Source: an uncultured archaeon (GTDB taxonomy: Archaea; Asgardarchaeota; Thorarchaeia; Thorarchaeales; CAZPUN01). From it: 32,000 nt of DNA. A program made the position numbers and the translations under genes. Of this stretch, positions 1 to 7,652 are shown piece after piece (positions within the stretch are counted from its first letter, which is position 1; each line of letters starts with the position of its first letter). The notes beneath the pieces are model-generated. The model ran no database searches. It saw nothing but the letters and a program-made list of their open reading frames with translations, and was not told where the DNA came from. Where the stretch lies: contig CAZPUN010000023.1 of assembly GCA_964589775.1 (NCBI GenBank), positions 128,456-160,455 of the forward strand, written 5' to 3'.

Positions 1-1078
1 GGTCAAAAAGGAGTTCTGCGAACTCTTTGGGATTACCAATTGTTGCGGAAGCACCAATAGTTTGTAGGGGTCCTGTAAGCCTTTCAAGACGTTTTAATAT
101 GAAATATACGTTAGTGCCGAAGGAACCATTATACAGATGGATCTCATCAAATACAATTATTCTAACGGTAAACAGCAGTTCTCTTAGGCGTGAGTCCAAT
201 CTTCCCAAATGGTAATGAAGTACATCTGGATTTGTTATCAATATATCTGGTGGGCTATCATAAATTCTCTGCCGTTCTCTTTCAGGGGTATCTCCATCAA
301 ATATTGCAACAGATATTCCAGTTGCCCTAGCAAACGTTTTGATTTTTTCAAATTGATCTCGTGCAAGTGCCTTTGTAGGATAAATAAGTATTGCTTTAAT
401 TTCGTGGCTGAATATATTATCATCCAGCATATTTATAATTCTCGTAAAAATTGGCAAAATGAAAGCTTCTGTTTTACCTTGTCCTGTGGGTGCTACAATG
501 ACTACATTTTCGCCTTTAGTAATCGCATTATATGAATCTTCCTGGAATTTGTATAATTTACGTATTCCACGTTCTTTTAAAACCTTCAATAAGGGTGCGG
601 GCAATTGCAAGTCTTTTGTATCGCATCCATATTCTGCATCTGTAGGCCTAAATTGCTTATATTTTACAATATAATCCATTCGTGTTGAGAGTATCTGTTG
701 TAATGCTTTGGGAAGGTCTTCGAAATCTGCCCCCTCTTTTTTAACTTCATTCATTATGCTTCTTATACTTCTTATTAATTCATCAATTCCTGGTTGTCCT
801 TCACTTACTTCTTCAATAATTTCTATTGGTGTCTCTTCAGCTATTATTTCATCATTTTCAGTTATTTTCACTGCCTGTCCTGGCTCGAGAATTTTGTTTT
901 CTACAAGATCTACGAATCGAAAATAAGCATCGAGCAAGTCATTCGGGCGTTTTTGTTCTTTTATCTCAATTGCAAGAATTAGTGACATTTCACAATCGCG
1001 GCAAACAACATTCCACGAGCCATTTTCTTTTTTAATACGTAATCTGTTCCCACATATTGGGCAATGTAAGACAGGCAT
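1..1078 (-). CDS. DEAD/DEAH-box SF2 helicase, Hrq1/MrfA/SftH-like, with N-terminal Zn ribbon (3' end runs off the window)
   Basis: Not in the ORF track; translated by hand from ATG at 1078 (upstream AGAGGA SD). MPVLHCPIC...CRDC Zn ribbon, Q motif LYKFQ, motif I APTGQGKTEAF, Ia IYPTKALARDQ, FDGDTP, ILITNPDVLH, II VFDEIHLY, III GASATIGNP. Open to the window edge. Confidence 0.9.
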   Translation of the reverse strand, partial: MPVLHCPICGNRLRIKKENGSWNVVCRDCEMSLILAIEIKEQKRPNDLLDAYFRFVDLVENKILEPGQAVKITENDEIIAEETPIEIIEEVSEGQPGIDELIRSIRSIMNEVKKEGADFEDLPKALQQILSTRMDYIVKYKQFRPTDAEYGCDTKDLQLPAPLLKVLKERGIRKLYKFQEDSYNAITKGENVVIVAPTGQGKTEAFILPIFTRIINMLDDNIFSHEIKAILIYPTKALARDQFEKIKTFARATGISVAIFDGDTPERERQRIYDSPPDILITNPDVLHYHLGRLDSRLRELLFTVRIIVFDEIHLYNGSFGTNVYFILKRLERLTGPLQTIGASATIGNPKEFAELLFD

Positions 1079-1213
1079 AATTATTCCTCTAGTTTTCTTA
1101 TTGTGTTTGGGATATTAATTTTTTTCATGTGGTTCTATGTTCCTTATGTTAAGGCTTAAATAATAATATGAGTAATAAGTCTTTGAGGTGAAATTTAATG
1201 GAGGATTCCAACA

Positions 1214-1801
1214 GTGATTCCAGTAAGTCCAGAGGTTATCCGCATTTTGAAAGAGACCTTGCCAGCAACAATCATTGCAACAATTGGCGAATTAGTTGCC
1301 GGAGCATTTCTAGGTAATATGACTAATATTTTCAGAATGTTTCCGGGTTTGATGATTCTTGTGCCCTCAATTTTAGATCTTCGTGGCTGTTTGAGTACTG
1401 CATTATCATCAAGATTGGGTACTGCATTGCATCTTGGTGTAATCGGTAAAGAACTTGGATTCAATGATGAATTAAAAGAAAACCTAATTGCACCGTTGAT
1501 AAATAGTGTTATGCTCTCTACTATTCTTGGAATTATTGCATATTTTGTAAGCTCACAATTAAATGTTGAAGGTATTGGATTATTCACATTCGTGTTTATC
1601 AGTCTCTTAGCTAGTGTGATGGCTACATTGTTCCAAATGTCGATTACAGTCTATTTTGCATTTACAGCACAAGAGAAAGGTCTTGACCCTGATAATGTAA
1701 CTATCCCCGCACTTGCCAGCTTGGGTGACATCATTGGCATTATTTCCCTCTACATCGCAACTATTATCATCATGAGCATAGGAGGCGTTTTTATTGGCTA
1801 A
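1214..1801 (+). CDS. MgtE-like divalent cation transporter, single membrane-domain half (COG1824-like)
   Basis: About 5 TM segments. MgtE motifs LVPSILDLRGCLSTALSSRLGTALHLG and GLDPDNVTIPALASLGDIIG. GTG start with GGAGG at 1200-1204. Confidence 0.85.
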   Translation: MIPVSPEVIRILKETLPATIIATIGELVAGAFLGNMTNIFRMFPGLMILVPSILDLRGCLSTALSSRLGTALHLGVIGKELGFNDELKENLIAPLINSVMLSTILGIIAYFVSSQLNVEGIGLFTFVFISLLASVMATLFQMSITVYFAFTAQEKGLDPDNVTIPALASLGDIIGIISLYIATIIIMSIGGVFIG

Positions 1802-2351
1802 GTTTTACAGTTACAAGCGTATCATTCGAGAAAGCTTTCCGATATTAACAATCATCCTTATGCTTTCTATAATTAGTGGTAGTGTTCTTGATCATGCTGA
1901 GGAAATCATTTTGGCTATTCCTGCATTTCTATTAGCCATTCCTGCCTTTGCGAATCAAGCAGGAGATCTTGCAGCGGTTTTCTTCGCCAAGTTCACAACT
2001 GAGCTTCGCACTGGTACAATCGAGCGTGCCTTATCTACTTCATCGACATTAAAAGCAAACTTGATCGGAATTATATTGACCGCATGTATTGGATTTACAT
2101 TTCTCTCCGGCGCAATATCTCTCATCTCAATAGTTGCTGGTATTCCGAGCTTGGAACCTTTCAAGCAATGGTTTATTATATTTACCTCTGGAGTAACAAC
2201 CGTTATACTCCTAATTATAATTGGTATGCCCGTTGCTATAATATCCTCCAGAAAGGGTTTAGACCCCGATAACTTTATGTCTCCAATTCTCACTACGCTT
2301 GGTGATGTAATTGGAATGTTACTCTTAGTGGGGTTGATTATCCTAATATGA
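1794..2351 (+). CDS. MgtE-like divalent cation transporter, second half (COG1824-like)
   Basis: Paralogous motifs IPAFANQAGDLAAVF and GLDPDNFMSPILTTLGDVIG. Overlaps the previous stop; SD GGAGG upstream. Confidence 0.85.
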   Translation: MAKFYSYKRIIRESFPILTIILMLSIISGSVLDHAEEIILAIPAFLLAIPAFANQAGDLAAVFFAKFTTELRTGTIERALSTSSTLKANLIGIILTACIGFTFLSGAISLISIVAGIPSLEPFKQWFIIFTSGVTTVILLIIIGMPVAIISSRKGLDPDNFMSPILTTLGDVIGMLLLVGLIILI

Positions 2352-3592
2352 GGGAGTCAAAATTGAAGTTAAAAAGGAAACGTTTAGTTAAACCGATATC
2401 ATATGAACCATTATCAGTACGTGAATCTCTAACTCGTATGAAAAACATATCTGAGTTGATGATAGATTTAGCATATTCTTCTGTAATCTTTAATAATGAA
2501 GAACTTGCCGAAGAAGTCTTTACACTTGAAGAAGAAATTGATAATTTAGTATATTTGACAATCATGAACATTTCGCTGGCTATTCGCGATAAAGATGATG
2601 CGGAGCAGCTGCTAGGTCTTTATGGACTTTGTATTGGTACAGATGAGGTTAGCAATGCGGCTGCAGATATTGCATCAATTGTGCGTATGGATGTTCCACC
2701 ACATCCTCTAATTAAGATGATCAATGAAGCGGCTGAAGAACGTATAGAAAAATATTCTATATCACCAAAGTCATGTGTTTGTGACAAAAAGCTTTCAGAA
2801 TTAGAATTTGAGTCCAATTTGGGAGTTCATATTTTGGCTATTAAGCGAAATGGCAAATGGACATTTGATCCTTCTGGATCTACAGAACTCAAAGCTAATG
2901 ATATTGTACTTGCGATCGGTGCAGATCTAGGTCTTAAACAGTTCGAAAAAATTGTCCGGGGTGAGTCTACCAACATCGATATAGTTTTGCCAAAGAAATC
3001 TAAAGTGGAAGATATTGAATTAACTGAGGAAGGTAAAATCCTGCTTAAAATGAAAGAAATTTCTGAATTCATGGTATATCTAGCATATTCCAGTCTAGCC
3101 TTATCTGACTTTAGTATTGCAGAGGAAGTGCTATTTCTCGAAAATTATGTAGATTCACTGCTCACAAAATTCCAGATTCAAATTCTTGAAAAGCCATACG
3201 GCGCAACTGCTGAGCAAGCTATTGGACTTTTGCGCGTAGCCTCTGCTTCTGAGAACATAGCTGATGCTGCAGTACGAATTGCCAGCTTGGTTGAAAGTCT
3301 ATCAACAAAAACGCATCCAGTCATAAATTTAATTGCTAGTGAGACCGAAGAGGTAGTTCTTAAAGTCACTCTATCCCCAGAATCTATTTTGGTCGATAAG
3401 CCTCTATCTAAGCTCAAGCTAAAAGATACTGTAGGTATGACAATTCTTAGCGTTCGAAGATCTGACGAATGGATTCATCGGCCTCCAGAAAATTTCGTTT
3501 TGCGTGATGGTGATGTGCTTCTGCTTTATGGATACAAAGATAGCATTGAACGTATGAAACGCTTAGCCGACGGTTCTGAAAAAGAATTATAG
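2348..3592 (+). CDS. Tandem (PhoU-like + TrkA-C/RCK-C) x2 regulatory protein (COG3273-like)
   Basis: Two repeats: MKNISELMIDLAYSS / MKEISEFMVYLAYSS, each followed by a TrkA-C unit (GVHILAIKRNGKW..P / GMTILSVRRSDEW..P..LRDGDVL). ATGA overlap with the MgtE gene. Confidence 0.85.
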   Translation: MRESKLKLKRKRLVKPISYEPLSVRESLTRMKNISELMIDLAYSSVIFNNEELAEEVFTLEEEIDNLVYLTIMNISLAIRDKDDAEQLLGLYGLCIGTDEVSNAAADIASIVRMDVPPHPLIKMINEAAEERIEKYSISPKSCVCDKKLSELEFESNLGVHILAIKRNGKWTFDPSGSTELKANDIVLAIGADLGLKQFEKIVRGESTNIDIVLPKKSKVEDIELTEEGKILLKMKEISEFMVYLAYSSLALSDFSIAEEVLFLENYVDSLLTKFQIQILEKPYGATAEQAIGLLRVASASENIADAAVRIASLVESLSTKTHPVINLIASETEEVVLKVTLSPESILVDKPLSKLKLKDTVGMTILSVRRSDEWIHRPPENFVLRDGDVLLLYGYKDSIERMKRLADGSEKEL

Positions 3593-3808
3593 CACTCTCT
3601 TTTTCTTTCTTATTATCTTATGAGGTCCTAAATTTTCAAAATTCAGTGATTTGATGTCCGGATCATTTGGTAACTTTCCAGTGAGCCGGTACAATGCATA
3701 ACTACGAACAAGTTTAATCTTATTTGCTATTTCATTTTCTTCGGATGCTTTTTGAAGTAGTTCTTGTTTCGGACCAAAAAGACCAATAATACGATTTAAT
3801 ATTCCCAT
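3587..3808 (-). CDS. Small hypothetical protein with N-terminal amphipathic helix and polybasic C-terminus
   Basis: 73-aa ORF filling an intergenic gap. N-terminus MGILNRIIGLFGPK, C-terminus IIRKKKRVL. Confidence 0.55.
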   Translation of the reverse strand: MGILNRIIGLFGPKQELLQKASEENEIANKIKLVRSYALYRLTGKLPNDPDIKSLNFENLGPHKIIRKKKRVL

Positions 3809-3931
3809 TTGTGATCACTGATTCCTTTTATTGATGTTTTCTATTTAACTTTTTATTTTTGTAATAATGAATTTTTATATATCCTTTAAATCCTATATTA
3901 TATTAGCCTAGTGAAGTTTGAGGTGTATATT

Positions 3932-4591
3932 ATGAGTTCTCTTGAAGAAAAAAGTACTGACTTGTTATGGGGATTGCTCTTTGAAGGAAATGCAGGGCCT
4001 GTCCAATTGGATGTTTGGAAAATATTAGCTAAAAGGTCTACCGAGAAACCTGATGAAGTTCTTAAGGCATATAAGGAAACTTTGGATAAAGTAATTTCAA
4101 AAAAGATACCCGATGAAGTAAAGTGGGGTCTTGAAAATTGCCCATTATGTGGTAATCCCGTTTTATCATGTGGTCCAAATTGGCAAGTTGAGGGAACTGG
4201 AGATTGTGATGAAATGTTTACCTGCACTTATTGTGCAGTTAGTTATACTTATGAAATTCGTGGTGTGAAAGGAAAGCTTATGCAATTTTCAATTCGATTG
4301 GGCCCTGAAAAGAATTGGAATGGTAATTCCCTATTCCTTAGAGTATTTGGTAATGATCCCCAGAATGATTTTGAGCCCATATTTGATATCGTAAATAGTG
4401 ATGGGCGCTGGATTGGAAGCTATAGCTTTAAGACTAATCAGTGGCGCTCCGGTGAATCCATGAAAGATCCTTCCAAGAAGTCTGATTCTAGTTTATGGTC
4501 TGAACCACCGGAAGAAATCGTGAAAGTTATTAATAGCGCTAAAACCGAAGTTTCTGAGTTGACCAATTTGTTGAATTTGCTATTTACGTAA
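3932..4591 (+). CDS. Hypothetical protein with Zn-ribbon (CPLC...CTYC)
   Basis: Start moved to ATG 3932 because SD GAGGTG lies at 3920-3925. Two CxxC pairs; no family recognised. Confidence 0.7.
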   Translation: MSSLEEKSTDLLWGLLFEGNAGPVQLDVWKILAKRSTEKPDEVLKAYKETLDKVISKKIPDEVKWGLENCPLCGNPVLSCGPNWQVEGTGDCDEMFTCTYCAVSYTYEIRGVKGKLMQFSIRLGPEKNWNGNSLFLRVFGNDPQNDFEPIFDIVNSDGRWIGSYSFKTNQWRSGESMKDPSKKSDSSLWSEPPEEIVKVINSAKTEVSELTNLLNLLFT

Positions 4592-4652
4592 TTTATTTAT
4601 AGGGGTCTGAGTAATACAAATTCCTATACTTTATTTTTTTAATATATATTGT

Positions 4653-4847
4653 ATGGATGGGATTGACTTGGAGCCTAGATTGGTGGAATACCTTAAAGAT
4701 AAAGAAATCGTGGCAATGGGGATTGTGAAACGAAAGTTTCCAGATATAAGCTCAAACCTAATTGCGACATATTTACGTAAAATGGGATTCAAAAAAACTA
4801 CAGACAAACTCTGGGAGCGAATAAAGCGAGACTTAAACGTAAATTAG
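4653..4847 (+). CDS. Small hypothetical protein, possible winged-helix
   Basis: 64-aa ORF in a gap. Three short helices then LRKMGFKK..LW, a pattern typical of small wH domains. Confidence 0.45.
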   Translation: MDGIDLEPRLVEYLKDKEIVAMGIVKRKFPDISSNLIATYLRKMGFKKTTDKLWERIKRDLNVN

Positions 4848-4923
4848 AAAAACAGAAAAGTATACATAGTATACTAATTGCTTAATTATAATAAATTAAG
4901 TTATCATAGGAGCTATAAATATC

Positions 4924-6303
4924 ATGTCTGGAACTGCAGGGCGTATTCTGTTTGATGTGACCCAAAACGAACGTGGCAGAATTTCTACTACATATAAGGC
5001 TTTAGCGAAGCTATTACGCGACCATGGATATGTTGTTGAAGAATACAATGAATTCTTAATTTTGCCGGATAAGATTTCAAAGGCAGATGTTATTGTTTTT
5101 GCATGCCCGAACGGTTCAAAACTTAGAACTGCAGAAATAAATACTTTAAGGCATTTCGTAGAACATGGTGGAAATCTTCTTTTGTTAAGCCATGCGGGTG
5201 GCGACCGTGGTTTAATGAGTAATTTGGGTGTTTTAGGTGATACATTTGGTATTCGATTTGATAACACACAAGTAATTGACGATCGAAATAATTTGAATAT
5301 AAAGACGATCCCAATCATTAGCGATATTAAAGATCATCCGATTGTTCGAAATGTATCTAGAATTGCATATCCCGCTGGATGTAGTCTTATCGTTGAAAGA
5401 AATGCACGTGGAATAATTTTTACTTCTGAGACTGCCGAACCGAATCGGGCTCCCGTACTTGCTATATCAAAATTAGGGAAAGGTAAAGTTGTTGCAATGG
5501 GTAGCTACGAGATATTTCGTGATGATGTCAATGGTGGTATTGATGCTGAAGATAACGAAAAGCTTGCATTAGGTATATTTGAATGGCTTACATCTAAGGA
5601 AGAAGATGAATATCTTTCTGCAAGGCCTGCCACACCAACAATCTCTACGATTCGTCCTGTGCGACAACCCCGACAAGCAGCAAAACAATCTCATGATACA
5701 ATTAACATGGAAGAAATGAAAAATATACTTGCGCGATTAATTAATTTAGTATTTGATTTATCAAAACAAATTGACGTTGTATCGAAAAAAGTTTCTAAAG
5801 TTGAAAAGGATGTTCTTGATTTCAAGCGAGTGTTTGTTAATTTCGCGCAATCTATGAATCAGCAGATTGGAGTAGTTATTCCTCAAACTACAATATCAGG
5901 TGAAGCAACTTCTCGTGCTAGTTTGGAAAGAAAGCTCAAAGCACTTAATGCTGAGAAGAAATCTATTACTGATATGCTGGCATACATTGAACGTAGGGTT
6001 GTAAAAGGTGCGATTTCACAAGAAGAATATAAGAATCAAACTTCAGTCCTCAAAGAAAAATTGAAAGGTATTAATGTAAAGATCAAGGAAATTCAAGCTC
6101 AACTTGAAAAGCTCGAAACAAAATCAAAAAATCAGTCATCACATGAAGCATCACATGAAGCATCAAGAGATACGTCTAATGAAGAAATAAATGAACAAGA
6201 ACAAAATTCAAATAGCTCAGAAGAGAATTCAAAATCCGACAATAGTAAGGAATCCAAAAATTCTGATGATCTTGATGAAACTCAACAAAACTCAACAACA
6301 TAA
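4924..6303 (+). CDS. GldG/IFT52-like (GIFT, class-I-GATase-like fold) domain protein with coiled coil, helical hairpin and acidic tail
   Basis: ILFDVTQNE...YKALAKLLR..Y, DVIVFACP, EINTLRHFVEHGGNLLLL, GKGKVVAMGSYEIF.D...DN match the GIFT/IFT52 N-domain pattern. No signal peptide. Confidence 0.75.
   Translation: MSGTAGRILFDVTQNERGRISTTYKALAKLLRDHGYVVEEYNEFLILPDKISKADVIVFACPNGSKLRTAEINTLRHFVEHGGNLLLLSHAGGDRGLMSNLGVLGDTFGIRFDNTQVIDDRNNLNIKTIPIISDIKDHPIVRNVSRIAYPAGCSLIVERNARGIIFTSETAEPNRAPVLAISKLGKGKVVAMGSYEIFRDDVNGGIDAEDNEKLALGIFEWLTSKEEDEYLSARPATPTISTIRPVRQPRQAAKQSHDTINMEEMKNILARLINLVFDLSKQIDVVSKKVSKVEKDVLDFKRVFVNFAQSMNQQIGVVIPQTTISGEATSRASLERKLKALNAEKKSITDMLAYIERRVVKGAISQEEYKNQTSVLKEKLKGINVKIKEIQAQLEKLETKSKNQSSHEASHEASRDTSNEEINEQEQNSNSSEENSKSDNSKESKNSDDLDETQQNSTT
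6137..6165 (+). repeat. 12-bp tandem repeat (CATCACATGAAG x2.4) encoding SHEA-SHEA-S
   Basis: Direct repeat visible in the low-complexity tail of the GIFT protein. Confidence 0.8.
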
Positions 6304-7652
6304 TATCCCATTTTTCTATTTTTTAGGATGTATTCTATAATATATGTCACCGCAATTAATAGTCCGCCTAATAAATAAAAATATCTGGATGGTATCATAA
6401 TTAATAAACTAAACGAAATAACCTTAATGAAGCCAATTATGGCTCCTGGAACGTTTGATTTGGCCATGTCTAAAGATGTTGGAAAATTAAATAATGCCCA
6501 AAACGGTACTAATGCTACCCAATAATATTTGTAACATCCCCGTGGCGAAAATAGATGTACAAAGATAAACATAATCATTGTTATGAATAATAATTTTCTA
6601 TAATATATTGGGTCTAGCATTTCGTCCTTTTTTATAATTAGCATAAAGAAGAATGAATTTAGGATTGTAATTAACAATAGAAAATTCGTACCTACTAATA
6701 TTGCAAGAATGATTGTAATATCTGGTGGGGCTCCTAATGCTATAAATGGTACTTCAAACTGTATTGGAACTGAATAATTTGGTAATTTTGTAATATCCGT
6801 ATAAATAAAGCCCGATGCTTTTGATATTATATCTGATATGTACTCGACATTTATGAAAATATATGGTGTGGATATAATCAAGACTACAGCTGCTAAAATG
6901 ATCATTGTTTTTAAGAATCTAAATACATCAATTTTATCATTATCTTTCTTAATTGCTGATGCGATTAATGGGAGAACAAGAAAGAATGCAATTTGTTTGC
7001 TCATTGCCGACAACCCAATAAAGACTGCCGCGATTCCATACCTCTCCTTTGTCATAAAATAAAATCCCATGAACCAAAAGAATACAAAAACTGGTGTATT
7101 TAGCCAAAGATATGTTGAGTAATAAAGATTGATCGGGTTGAATAATACACAGGATGCAGCGATTAACGCATATTTTTTATTATTAAATATATTCTGAGCG
7201 ATTCCGTAAACTGGTATTGCAATTAAAAAGTCAAAAGTTGCTAAAACCATTCCTATACTCCAAAATTGAGTTGGCAAAATTAGTTTGCCGAGCGTTATTA
7301 CATAAATATACATGGGGGGATAGAAATACCAAAGTTTATCCATACCTGAGCTGTACGGTATAGTTCCTTTTAAGAATGCATCGACCCATTTTACATAATA
7401 AAAGTCATAATCTGTATACCCTTCAAATTGAATATTTATAGTAAATCCAAAAAATGAGTATGTACCACTCCCTAGCCAAGGAAAGCCACTTTTTGTAATG
7501 TCTAATATTGCCATATTAAAAACATAGATGCGAACCGCTGCAGCTATTATCAAAATAATGGCAATTTCTCTATGATGTTTTATTATGTCTATGCTTCTCC
7601 TTACGTTTGAAATTAATAATTCTTTCATAAACTTTTTCGGTCCCATTCTCAT
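6282..7652 (-). CDS. Polytopic membrane glycosyltransferase, GT-C fold (GT87/DUF2029/PIG-M-like)
   Basis: About 11-12 TM segments. TDYDFY...G.IPY...YFYPP.Y, LFNP..LY, GLSAMSKQIAFFLVLP, YKYYWVALVPF. Confidence 0.7.
   Translation of the reverse strand: MRMGPKKFMKELLISNVRRSIDIIKHHREIAIILIIAAAVRIYVFNMAILDITKSGFPWLGSGTYSFFGFTINIQFEGYTDYDFYYVKWVDAFLKGTIPYSSGMDKLWYFYPPMYIYVITLGKLILPTQFWSIGMVLATFDFLIAIPVYGIAQNIFNNKKYALIAASCVLFNPINLYYSTYLWLNTPVFVFFWFMGFYFMTKERYGIAAVFIGLSAMSKQIAFFLVLPLIASAIKKDNDKIDVFRFLKTMIILAAVVLIISTPYIFINVEYISDIISKASGFIYTDITKLPNYSVPIQFEVPFIALGAPPDITIILAILVGTNFLLLITILNSFFFMLIIKKDEMLDPIYYRKLLFITMIMFIFVHLFSPRGCYKYYWVALVPFWALFNFPTSLDMAKSNVPGAIIGFIKVISFSLLIMIPSRYFYLLGGLLIAVTYIIEYILKNRKMGYYVVEFC

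Noticed and set aside
27-1035. Short ORFs in the track over 27-1035
   Set aside because: They are antisense or off-frame shadows of the minus-strand helicase, which has clear motifs.
6137-6165. 12-bp repeat as a functional element
   Set aside because: In-frame slippage duplication in a disordered tail.
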